A DNA stretch of 64,000 nucleotides, taken from positions 256,001 to 320,000 of the forward strand of contig CAVYSY010000040.1 in the NCBI GenBank assembly GCA_963771175.1. The letters run 5' to 3'. The notes under the pieces were generated by a model. It searched no databases, was not told where the DNA came from, and was given only the letters and a program-made list of their open reading frames with translations. Positions 10,606 through 20,444 of this stretch are shown here, piece by piece. Each line of letters starts with the position of its first letter. The stretch's first letter is position 1. The DNA comes from an uncultured delta proteobacterium (GTDB lineage: Bacteria; Myxococcota; Myxococcia; Myxococcales; Myxococcaceae). Made by a program: the position numbers and the translations under genes.

Positions 10606-11055
10606 ATGCTGGACAAGAACGCCATTGGCCGGGCCTCACCGCCGACCCTGAACGAGGTCGAGAAGGGCGCCATCCGCCGCTTCGCCGAGTCGCTCGGCGA
10701 CTACAACCCGATCTACTACGACGAGGAGTACGCCCGGGCCTCGGGCTACCCCACCATCGTGGCGCCGCCCACCTTCCCCGCCTCTTTCAGCTCGGCGGCG
10801 GACCTGCGCGAGCTGCTGGGCGTGGGCATCAAGAGCCTGCTGCACGCCGAGCAGGCCTTCGAGTACGAGCGGCCCATCTTCGCCGGCGACCGCATCTTCG
10901 TCGCCACCCGGGTGGCGGACGTGCTCGAGCGCACCGGCCCGGCTGGGAAGATGGACGTGGCCGTCATCGAGGACGAGGGCCGCGACGAGGAGGGCAACCT
11001 CGTGTTCCGCGCCCGCCGCACGCTCGTCGTCCGCGCCGCCAAGGAGAACCCGTGA
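10606..11055 (+). CDS. MaoC-like dehydratase N-terminal-type subunit (HadA-like hot-dog fold)
   Basis: IRRFAESLGDYNPIYYDEEYARASGYPTIVAPPTF, LLHAEQAFEYERPI. Confidence 0.88.
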   Translation: MLDKNAIGRASPPTLNEVEKGAIRRFAESLGDYNPIYYDEEYARASGYPTIVAPPTFPASFSSAADLRELLGVGIKSLLHAEQAFEYERPIFAGDRIFVATRVADVLERTGPAGKMDVAVIEDEGRDEEGNLVFRARRTLVVRAAKENP

Positions 11056-11703
11056 TGCCCGCGCGCAAGCTCTACTTCGAAGGTATCCGTGTCGGCGACG
11101 AGCTGCCGGCGCTGGCCAAGGCCCCCATCGATCGGGTGCAGCTCTCCCGCTACGCCGGCGCCTCCGGCGACTTCAACCCGGTCCACGTGGACGAGGTGTA
11201 CGCCAAGAGCGTGGGCATGCCCTCCGTGTACGCCCCGGGCATGCTCGTCATGGGCATGCTCGGCCAGCTCGTCAGCGACTGGGCCCGCGGCGGGCAGCTC
11301 CGGCGCTACCACGTGCGCTTCATCAAGATGGTGTGGCCGGGCGACACCGTGGTCTGCAAGGGCCGCGTGACCGACCGGCACGGCGAGAGCGGCCGCTACT
11401 TCGCCGAGGTGGACCTCTGGGCGGAGAACCAGCGCGGTGAGCTGGTGATGAAGGGCAGCTCCACCATCCAGCTCTTCTACTCGCTGGAGGACGAGAACCG
11501 GCAGCGCTCCGGCCAGGCCCCCATCGTCGTGGAGGTGCCGCGCGAGAGCCTCCTCACGCCTCCGCCGCCTCCGAGGGGGCCGAGGAGGACGAGGAGCGCA
11601 GGTCCGCCAGCGTGGCCGGGCAAGAAGTCGGCCCCCAAGCCGGCCGCCAAGACGGCCACCCCGTCGTTCCGCCTCCGCCGCCGCGAAGAAGGCCAAGAAG
11701 TAG
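11055..11703 (+). CDS. MaoC family (R)-hydratase (HadB-like) with Lys/Ala/Pro-rich tail
   Basis: YAGASGDFNPVH hydratase-2 motif; tail probably ends AAAKKAKK at TAG 11703 after an indel. Confidence 0.85.
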
Positions 11704-11764
11704 GTTTCTCCCGCACGCTCGCTCAGTGGGGTGGCAAGCAGTCACTCGCCACCCAACGCGAGGC

Positions 11765-11804
11765 GTCAATTCGGGATTGACTCGAGAATCAGTCGACGTA
11801 ACCT
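11765..11804 (+). promoter_or_regulatory. Sigma70-like promoter overlapped by a palindromic operator
   Basis: TTGACT (11777)-16 bp-TAACCT (11799); inverted repeat GTCAAT-N5-ATTGAC at 11765-11781. Confidence 0.5.
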
Positions 11805-11873
11805 TTCCGTGTCCCTGTGGGGCCGCGGACCGTCGATTTTGCGGCCGTGAGCCCCCCGACAACAGGAGGGGCC

Positions 11874-13715
11874 ATGTCCGCCGGCATCAACCGCTACAAG
11901 ACCGATCTTCGCGAGCTCTTCTTCACCCTGTTCGAGCAGTTCGGCTTCGGCCAGGTCGCCGGGAAGGCGCCGTACGAGGCCTGGGGTCCGGACGAGGCCA
12001 AGGCGGTGCTCCAGGAGACCTACCGGTTCGCCAGGGAGGTGCTCGGGCCCCTCAACGCCTCGGGTGACCGTGAGGGCTGCCGGCTGGAGAACGGCGCAGG
12101 TCATCACCCCCAAGGGCTTCAAGGACGCCTGGAAGAAGCTCTACGAGCAGGGCTTCAAGACGCTGGCGGTGAGCCCGGACCACGGCGGGCAGGGCGCGCC
12201 CGATGATGCTGCAGGTGCTGGTCGAGGAGATGCTCTCGGGCGCCAACTCGGCCTTCAACATGTACCCGGGCCTGGCCTTCGGCGCGGCGGAGCTGATCGC
12301 CGAGTGCGGCACGCCGGAGCAGAAGAAGCTCTACGTGGAGCGCATGCTCAACGGCACCTGGGGCGGCACCATGTGCCTCACCGAGCCGCAGGCGGGCTCG
12401 GACGTGGGCGCGGCGAAGTCGACCGCTCGCAAGAACGCGGACGGCACCTACAGCATCCGCGGCACGAAGATCTTCATCTCCGGCGGCGACCACGACCTGG
12501 CGGAGAACATCATCCACCTGGTGCTGGCGCGCATCGAGGGCGCGGCCCCGGGCACCAAGGGCCTGTCGCTGTTCATCGTGCCGAAGATCCGCGTGAAGCC
12601 GGACGGCGGCCTGCTGGGCACCAACGACGTCTCGGTGGGCTCCATCGAGCACAAGATGGGCATCAACGGCGTCGGCGACGTGCGTGCTGAACTTCGGCGA
12701 GAACGACGCCTGCGTGGGCGAGCTGGTGGGCGGCGTCGAGAACGTCGGCATGAGCCAGATGTTCAAGATGATGAACGGCGCGCGCATCGCGGTGGGCATC
12801 CAGGGCCTGGCGCTGGCGAGCGCGGCCTACTTCAACGCGCTGGAGTACGCGAAGGACCGCAAGCAGGGCGCGCACGTCGAGCAAGTGGAAGGATCCGACG
12901 GCGCCGCGCGTGGCCATCATCGAGCACCCGGACGTGCGCCGCATGCTGCTGGAGATGAAGGCGCACGTGGAGGGCATCCGCGCGCTGCTCGTCAAGCTGG
13001 CCATGCACACGGACAAGGCCCGCATGCTGGCGGGCAAGGACGACGACCAGGCCGCCTACCACCGCGGGCAGGTGGAGCTGCTCACTCCGCTGGTGAAGGC
13101 GTACGGCTCGGACCAGGCGTTCCGCCTGTGCGCTCAGGCCATCCAGGTGTACGGCGGCGCCGGCTTCTGCCAGGACTACCCGGTGGAGCAGTACACGCGC
13201 GACTCGAAGATCTTCTCCATCTACGAGGGCACCAACCACATCCAGGCCATGGACCTGGTGGGCCGCAAGATGGGTCAGGCGGGCGGCGCGCACTTCCAGC
13301 AGTTCATGGGAGACGTGGGCGGCTTCATCGAGGCGAACCGCGAGCACAAGGTGTACGGCGAGGCGGTGAGTCAGCTCGCCGCGGCGCAGGAGGGCGTGAT
13401 GGCCAGCGCCATGGCGGTGCTGGGCTGGTCCCAGGAGCCGGCGAAGATGGCGCTCATCCCGCTGTCGGCCAACCGCTTCCTGAACATGATGTCCGAGCTG
13501 GCGGTGGGCTGGCTGCTGCTGGACGCGGCCGTCATCGCCGAGCGCGTGGGCGAGAAGGCCTCCGGCGACGAGAAGGCCTTCTACGAGGGCAAGAAGTGGA
13601 GCGCCCTGTGGTACGCGCGCAACGTGCTGCCCAACGTGGAGCAGGCGGCGCGGATGATGGCCTCGAGGACGCCTCTCCGGTGGAGATCTCCGACGCGGCG
13701 TTCGGCTCCATCTGA
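11874..13715 (+). CDS. Acyl-CoA dehydrogenase, long FadE5-like type (several frameshifts)
   Basis: GTMCLTEPQAGSDVG, GTKIFISGG, GLSLFIVPK, EHKMGI, AIQVYGGAGF, IYEGTNHIQAMDL; RBS AGGAGG. Confidence 0.93.
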
Positions 13716-13737
13716 GCGCCCGAGCGCCCTGAAATGA

Positions 13738-13771
13738 AAGAGGCCACCTGGGGAAACCCGGGTGGCCTCTT
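13738..13771. terminator. Hairpin terminator between convergent genes
   Basis: AAGAGGCCACCTGGG-GAAA-CCCGGGTGGCCTCTT. Confidence 0.75.
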
Positions 13772-13796
13772 CGCTTGGGCGGGGAAGGGGAGTTCG

Positions 13797-14248
13797 TTAC
13801 TGCGCTTCGCGCACGCCGATGGCGAGCTGCCCGAGCCCGACGCTCTTGGCCAGCTCCATGACCAGCACCACGGTGCCGTGGGGGACGCCCTCGTCGGCCT
13901 GGACGATGACGACGGTGTCCGGGTTCTTCTGCTGGGCCTCGGCGAAGGCGCTTCTTGAGCTCGTCCTCGGTGACCACGTTGCCGGCGAGCACGAAGCGCC
14001 CGTCGGAGAGGATGGCGACGGACAGGTCGGTGGCACGCGCGGTGACGTCCGTGGCGCCGCCCTTGGGCAGGTTCACCTTCAGGCCCGCCTGGGCGCCGCC
14101 ACCGGGCGCCTGCTGCACGATGACCGAGCTCGTCACCATGAAGATGATGAGCAGCACGAGGAAGATGTCGGTGAGCGGGGTGATGTTGATCTCGGCGAAG
14201 ACGACGTCCTCGCCGTCGCCGTCACCCGGGTACCTTGCCCATGGCCAT
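13797..14248 (-). CDS. exbD: ExbD/TolR family protein (frameshifted)
   Basis: EINITPLTDIFLVLLIIFMVT; VIVQADEGVPHGTVVLVM. Confidence 0.9.
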
Positions 14249-14258
14249 GGCGCGGACC

Positions 14259-14967
14259 TCAGGTTTCCGGCTGGGGACGCGCTTCCGCCGAGGGCGGAGT
14301 CGCGGGGGTGGAGGTGGACGGAGGTTCAACGGGCGCTCGCGCAGCAGCTCGACGAACTCGTCACCCAGGAGCCGCAGCTCCACGAGCACGCGCGACAGCC
14401 GCGCCTGGAAGTAGTTGTAGAAGACCATGGCCTGCACCGCGACGAGGATGCCCACCGCGGTGGCGACGAGCGCCTCGGAGATGCCCGTCATCACCGCGGC
14501 CGTGCCGCCGGTGCCGCCCGCCTGCACGTCCAGGCCCAGGTCCTTGAAGGACCGCATGATGCCGGCCACCGTGCCGAAGAGGCCCACGAACGGGGTGATG
14601 CGAGCCGATGGTGGCCAGGATCCACAGGTTGCGCCGCAGCCGCAGGCCCACCTGGGCGCGCTCGCGCTCCACGGCCGCGTCCACCCCGTCACAGGCCCGG
14701 CGTGCGCTCGAAGCGGTCGAAGCCGGCGAGGAAGATGTCCGCCACCGCGGCGTCCGAGCGCTCGGAGGCGGTGCGGGCGGCGGCGACGTCGCCGCGCAGC
14801 AGGTGCTTGTGGACGGTGTCCCCGAGGGCCCGCGAGCGCTCGCTCACCCCCCAGAGGGCGATCAACCGCTCGATGGCCACGCCCAATGCCACCACGGAGG
14901 CCAGGAGAAGGAAGGCGAGGGTGAATCCGCCGATGCGCAGGTAGTGGAGGAGGTCGGAAAAGCTCAT
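14259..14967 (-). CDS. exbB: ExbB/TolQ/MotA proton-channel protein (frameshifted)
   Basis: LATIGS..TPFVGLFGTVAGIMRSF; GISEALVATAVGILVAV. Confidence 0.9.
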
Positions 14968-15010
14968 GCAATGGTGGCCAGGAATGGTCGGCTGGCGCGA
15001 GACTTAAGCC

Positions 15011-15832
15011 ATGAACCGCGCAGCCGCAGCAATCTTCCTGGCCGTCATCTGTTCAGGGTGTCCCAAGCGCATCGATTTCGGCCCCAGCGGCCAGATTACC
15101 CAGGCCGAGGAGCGCTTCCGGCTCACCAGCGCCGTCCAGGCCCAGGGGGTGACCCTCCAGGGGGACGGGAAGCTCCGGGTGGAGTCTCCCCAGGGCTCCG
15201 GGAGCGTCTCGGTGTTCCTGGCTGCCTCCCGTCCGGGCATGCTGCGCGTGGAGATGTTTGATTTCTTCAATCGGCCCATTGCCGTCCTGGTCACGGACGG
15301 GCAGCGGTTCGGTCTCTTCCAGGCCCAGGAGAACAAGTTCTACCAGGGGCCCGCGACCCCCAGGAACCTGTCGCGCTTCCTGCCCGTGGCCCTGCCGAGC
15401 GAGGAGCTGGTGTCCGTGATGCTCGGTCAGGTGCCCTTCATCCCCGCGGAGCGGATGACGCTCGCCCTGGATGCGAAGGAGCGGCTGTACGTCCTCACCC
15501 TTCACCGGGGCGAGGTGTCCCAGGTGCTCCACATCCACCCCAAGCACCTCCGGGTGGTGCGCAGCGTGGTCCGGGGTATCCGCGCCTATGATCTCGAGTA
15601 CGACCACTTCAAGGAGCACGGGCCGCTCGTCTTCCCCCACGAGGTGACGCTCCGAGCCTCCTCGGCCGACACCTCCCTGGACCTGCGCTACACCGATATC
15701 ACCCTCAACGAGTCCCCGGACCTCACCCTCTTCGACCTCGCCGCGCCCGAGGACGTCCCCGTGGTCGAGGTGGATGAGGGCGGGCAGGCGCTTCCTCCCG
15801 TCGCCCTGCCGCCTGCCTCGCCCGGTTCCTGA
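15011..15832 (+). CDS. Lipoprotein, LolB-like/DUF4292-type
   Basis: Signal ending ICSGC; beta-rich body with LRVEMFDFFNRP. Confidence 0.65.
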   Translation: MNRAAAAIFLAVICSGCPKRIDFGPSGQITQAEERFRLTSAVQAQGVTLQGDGKLRVESPQGSGSVSVFLAASRPGMLRVEMFDFFNRPIAVLVTDGQRFGLFQAQENKFYQGPATPRNLSRFLPVALPSEELVSVMLGQVPFIPAERMTLALDAKERLYVLTLHRGEVSQVLHIHPKHLRVVRSVVRGIRAYDLEYDHFKEHGPLVFPHEVTLRASSADTSLDLRYTDITLNESPDLTLFDLAAPEDVPVVEVDEGGQALPPVALPPASPGS

Positions 15833-15921
15833 GCGGACTCCGTCAAGAATTCAGCAACAGTTGGAATCTCAGGTAGAGTGGAAGGACGGATGGGGCCGTT
15901 CGGGCTCTCCACGATTGCGAC

Positions 15922-16674
15922 ATGGCACAGATCAAGCTTGGTGAACTGCTGATCAAGGCGAACGTGCTCCAAGAGAGCCAGCTCAAGGCGGCGCTCGCGG
16001 AGCAGGCGAAGTGGGGCGGGAAGCTGGGAGAGATCCTGGTGCGGATGAACCTCGTGTCCGAGGATATCCTCGTCCGGGCTCTGTCCAAGCAGCTCGCCAT
16101 CCCCGCGGTGAATCTGGACGCGGTGAAGGAGATCCCCAAGCACGTGCTCAATCGCGTGCCGGTGCAGACGGCGCGGGACTTCGCGGTGCTGCCGCTGCAG
16201 CTCCGGGACGACGGCAAGACGCTCGTGGTGGCGATCGCCGATCCGCTCAACGTGCGGCAGCTCGACGAGCTGCGCGGCGTCACCAAGTGCCGCATTGTTC
16301 CGAACGTGGCGGGGCGCACGGCCATCGCCCGGGCCATGGCGCGCTTCTACGAGGAGACGGCCGAGCTGGGTGACGCGGACACCAACTTCAAGGTGGTGGA
16401 CGCCCAGGGCCGTACGGTCGTCAAGAGCATGAACGAGGTGGCGGGCGCGCCCGCCGCGGCCCCAGGCCCGGCCTTCACCCCGGCCCCCGTGCCGCGTGGC
16501 CCCGTGTCGCGCGAGACACCGTCGGTGCAGGGCGGCAACAGTCCGGCGGACCTCTTGCGCAGCGTCGAGGAGGTGCAGCGCAAGGAGGTGGCGGCCCTCA
16601 AGGCCATGGTGGAGCTGCTCATCGAGAAGGGCGTCTTCTCTCGCGATGAGTACCTGGCGAAGGTCAAGCGTTAA
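15922..16674 (+). CDS. Stand-alone MshEN / T2SSE N-terminal domain protein
   Basis: KLGELLIKANVLQESQLKAALAEQ..KLGEILVRMNLV; LVVAIADP; no Walker motifs. Confidence 0.85.
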   Translation: MAQIKLGELLIKANVLQESQLKAALAEQAKWGGKLGEILVRMNLVSEDILVRALSKQLAIPAVNLDAVKEIPKHVLNRVPVQTARDFAVLPLQLRDDGKTLVVAIADPLNVRQLDELRGVTKCRIVPNVAGRTAIARAMARFYEETAELGDADTNFKVVDAQGRTVVKSMNEVAGAPAAAPGPAFTPAPVPRGPVSRETPSVQGGNSPADLLRSVEEVQRKEVAALKAMVELLIEKGVFSRDEYLAKVKR

Positions 16675-16693
16675 GCCGTCGAGCCCCCCCGCC

Positions 16694-17818
16694 ATGCGCA
16701 AGAAGATCGGCGAGCTCCTCATCGAGTCCGGCGCCGTCAACCAGGAACAGGTCCGCAAGGCGCTCGGCCAACAGCGGGCCTTCGGTAATGGCCAGCGGCT
16801 GGGCTCGGTGATCATCACCCTGGGCTTCGCCTCGCCCTCGGCGGTGGCTCGGGCCCTGGCGCGCCAGTACGATCTGCCCTTCGTGGAACTGCCGGAGATC
16901 TCCGAGCAGTTGCGCTCCATCGTCTCGCTCGACTTCCAGACCGAGCAGCGCGTCGTCCCGTTCCGGCTCGAGCGGGAGGGACGCAGCGAGCGGCTGCATG
17001 TGGCGGTGGATGATCCCTCGGACCTGACCGTGGTGGACGAGCTGAGCTTCCAGCTCAACAAGCCCATCCGCGTCCACGTGGCCGCCGAGGATGACCTGGA
17101 TCGTGCGCTCGGCCTCGTCCGGGGCCAGGTCGTGGATGGCATCTCGCTGGAAGAGGATTCGGGCGAGGCGCTGGAGTTGGATCGCGACACCGCCGGCATG
17201 GTGTCGGGAAGCTGGCATGGAGAGGCCGAGAAGCCCGCGCCGGCTGGCTCGGACCTGTTCGACTGGGAGCTGCCCCCCGAGCCCGCGCTGCCCCTCCTGG
17301 ACGAAGACGAAGACGAAGAGAACGACATCACCCTCATCACTCCGAGGTCCGCCTTGAAGCCCAAGCCCCCGGCGCCCCCGGCCCCGCCGCCGCTCGATGA
17401 CGACGATGAGGACATCACCCTCATCACCCCGCGGGCCCCGAAACCGAAGTCCTCGGCCGTTCCGCCGCCTCCGCCCCCACAGGAGAGTGAGGAGGTTCTC
17501 GACGAGCTGCTCGGCGAGCCCGAGCCTGAGAGTCCGCCCTCGGCGCCTGGTGCCTCCAAGAGTTCCGTGCCGGTGGTCGTCTTCGGCGGTGCCGCCCGGG
17601 GCGTGCCGCCGCCGCCTCCGCCTCCGAACCTCTCGGACATCTCCGAGGAAGACCTGAAGGTGCTCGAGGACATCGAGCGGATCGCCGATGGCGCCGAGGC
17701 GACGCTGCACACCGAGAAGGTGAAGCCCGCACGCATGGTGGCCAGCCTCATCCGCCTCCTCATCCGCAAGCGCGTCATCCGCGAAGAGGAGTTCCTGGAC
17801 GAGCTGTCCCGGAAGTGA
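16694..17818 (+). CDS. Second stand-alone MshEN / T2SSE N-terminal domain protein with acidic Pro-rich linker
   Basis: [42 protein letters not shown]; no ATPase domain. Confidence 0.85.
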   Translation: MRKKIGELLIESGAVNQEQVRKALGQQRAFGNGQRLGSVIITLGFASPSAVARALARQYDLPFVELPEISEQLRSIVSLDFQTEQRVVPFRLEREGRSERLHVAVDDPSDLTVVDELSFQLNKPIRVHVAAEDDLDRALGLVRGQVVDGISLEEDSGEALELDRDTAGMVSGSWHGEAEKPAPAGSDLFDWELPPEPALPLLDEDEDEENDITLITPRSALKPKPPAPPAPPPLDDDDEDITLITPRAPKPKSSAVPPPPPPQESEEVLDELLGEPEPESPPSAPGASKSSVPVVVFGGAARGVPPPPPPPNLSDISEEDLKVLEDIERIADGAEATLHTEKVKPARMVASLIRLLIRKRVIREEEFLDELSRK

Positions 17819-17858
17819 CGCCCCGGGCCGGGTGTTCTGGCCCGGCCCCGTGAGCCCC

Positions 17859-18849
17859 ATGTCCGAGCCCCTCCTCGACGTCCGTGGCCTGAAGACCCAG
17901 CTCTCCCTGGAGGAGGGACCGGTCCTGGCCGTGGACGACGTGTCCTTCTCCATCCCGCCCGGTGGCACGCTGGGCGTGGTGGGGGAGAGCGGCTGCGGCA
18001 AGAGCGTCACCGCGCTCTCGGTGATGCGGCTGGTGCCCGAGCCTCCCGGTCGCGTGGTGGGCGGGCAGATCCGCTTCCAGGGAGAGGACCTGCTCGCGCT
18101 CCCCGAGGCGAGGATGCGCCGCGTGCGCGGGCGTCACGTGTCCATGGTCTTCCAGGAGCCGATGACCTCGCTCAACCCCGTGTACACGGTGGGCGAGCAG
18201 ATCGCCGAGGCGGTGCGGCTCCACCAGGGTCTGTCGCGGGCCGCCGCGCGCGAGCACGCGGTGGAGATGCTGCGGCGGGTGGGCATCCCCGCTCCCGAGC
18301 AGCGCGTGGACAGCTACCCCCACCAGCTCTCTGGCGGCATGCGCCAGCGGGTGATGATCGCCATGGCGCTCGCGTGCGGTCCGGAGCTGCTCATCGCGGA
18401 CGAGCCCACCACGGCGCTGGACGTCACCATCCAGGCGCAGATCCTGGAGCTGCTGAAGCGGCTGCAGGCGGAGCGCCGGCATGGCGGTGATGCTGATCAC
18501 CCACGACCTGGGAGTGGTTGCCGAGAGCTGTGACGCGGTGGTGGTGATGTACGCGGGGCGCGTGGTGGAGCGGGCTTCGGTGAAGGCGCTGTTCCGCCAG
18601 CCCGCGCACCCGTATACGGCGGGGCTTCTGCGCTCCATCCCGGCGCTCCAGGAGACTGGGGCAGGGGAGCGCCCGAGGCTGAAGACGATTCCGGGCATGG
18701 TGCCGAGCCTCCGCCGACTGCCCGAGGGCTGCCGCTTCCGAGACCGCTGCGAGCGCGCCCAGGAGATCTGCGCGAGGGTGGAGCCGACCCTGGAGCTCAA
18801 GCGCGATGGCCAGGAGGCCGCGTGCCACAACCCGGTGCTCGCGCCATGA
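17859..18849 (+). CDS. oppD: Oligopeptide ABC transporter ATPase (frameshift near 18475)
   Basis: [45 protein letters not shown]. Confidence 0.92.
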
Positions 18850-19882
18850 CCGAGCCCCTGCTGCGGGTGCGGGAGTTGAAGACGCACTTCCCGGTGCGCG
18901 GTGGGCCTGCTGGGTCGCGTGCGCGGCACGGTGAAGGCCGTGGACGGGGTGAGCTTCGACGTGCGGCGCGGCGAGACGCTCGGCCTGGTGGGGGAGAGCG
19001 GCTGCGGCAAGAGCACCCTGGGGCGCACGCTGCTGCGGCTCGTGGAGCCCACGTCCGGCTCCATCCGCTTCGAGGGCCAGGAGCTGACGGGCCTCGTCCC
19101 AGCGCGAGCTGCGCCCCCTGCGCCGGCGGATGCAGCTCGTCTTCCAGGACCCCTACGCGTCGCTCAATCCCGCGCATGACGGTGCGGGACATCCTCGGCG
19201 AGCCCTTCGCCATCCACGGGCTCGCGAGCGAGGCCGCGAGCGCGAGGCGAAGGTGGCCGAGCTGCTGGACCTGATGGGCCTGCCGCGCGATGCGTTGGAC
19301 CGCTATCCCCACGAGTTCTCCGGCGGGCAGCGCCAGCGCATCGGCATCGCCCGAGCCATCGCCCTGCGGCCGGATCTCGTCGTGGCCGACGAGCCCGTCA
19401 GCGCGCTGGACGTCTCCATCCAGGCGCAGATCGTCAACCTGCTGGTGGACCTGCAGCGCGAGCTGGGGCTCACCTACCTCTTCATCGCGCACGACCTGAA
19501 GGTCGTCGAGTACGTGTCCACGCGCGTGGCGGTGATGTACCTGGGCCGCATCGTGGAGCTGGCGGCCGCGGCGGACCTCTATCGCCGACCGCGCCACCCG
19601 TACACGCAGGCGCTGCTGTCGGCCGTGCCGGTGCCGGACCCCGAGCACAAGCGGACGCGCATCATCCTCCAGGGGGACGTGCCGTCTCCGCTCTCGCCGC
19701 CGACCGGGTGCGCCTTCCACACCCGCTGCCCGTACGCCATGGAACGATGCCGGCGCGAGACACCGCCCCTCTACACTCTGGGCAACGGGCACACCTCCGC
19801 GTGCTTCCTGGTGGAGGAGGACGCGCGGAAGGCCACTCCCGGTGGGCCGGAAGCGGGCTCGCCCACGAGCGAGGGAGGGTAG
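18846..19882 (+). CDS. oppF: Oligopeptide ABC transporter ATPase (frameshifted)
   Basis: [42 protein letters not shown] overlap with oppD. Confidence 0.92.
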
Positions 19883-19883
19883 G

Positions 19884-20291
19884 GTGTTCTGGCTCAGCCA
19901 CCACCATGAGGATGAGTACAACCGTACGTATCTGCTCGGCGGGGTGCGCGTGTGCGCGCGCTGCCTGGGGACGTACCCGGTGCTGCTGGCGGTGATGATG
20001 GGCCTCTTCGCCGTGCGCGCACCTCTGGCATGGCCCTGGGATGTACCGGCGGTGCTCGGTCTCACCCTGCCGGCGCTCGTGGACTGGTCGGTGGGACGCT
20101 TCCGTCCGGCCAGTGGCTCCAACGCCGTGCGCACCCTCACCGGAGTGCTGCTGGGCACGGCACTGGGCCGCTCGTTGTTCGTCCACGTCCAGAAGCCCCT
20201 GCCGGCGGTGCTGGTATGGCAGGCCGCCCTTGTCACCGTGGTCGCACTCCCCGTGCTGCTCGCGACCTCCAGAGGGCCGAAGGACGGGTAG
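19884..20291 (+). CDS. Small membrane protein, DUF2085-like
   Basis: VCARCLGTY, PALVDW, SNAVRTLTGVLLG, several TM segments. Confidence 0.7.
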   Translation: MFWLSHHHEDEYNRTYLLGGVRVCARCLGTYPVLLAVMMGLFAVRAPLAWPWDVPAVLGLTLPALVDWSVGRFRPASGSNAVRTLTGVLLGTALGRSLFVHVQKPLPAVLVWQAALVTVVALPVLLATSRGPKDG

Positions 20292-20444
20292 AGGCGAGGA
20301 TGGCGGACACCGATGCTCGGCTCTCCTCTTCCGGGTGGTCTCACTGGCGGCCTCGGCCGCGATGTGAGCTGGTGACGAAGCTGGCGGCCGGGAATCACAC
20401 AATCCGCATGGAGTAGGTTCATTCCTCCTTCAACGGAGGACGCC

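Noticed and set aside
20301..20369. Tiny ORF upstream of the P450 as a RiPP precursor (MADTDARLSSSGWSHWRPRPRCE...)
   Set aside because: ATG 20300 follows GAGG, but the peptide does not resemble precursors I know and no other maturation genes are present; unsupported without ribosome profiling or conservation data
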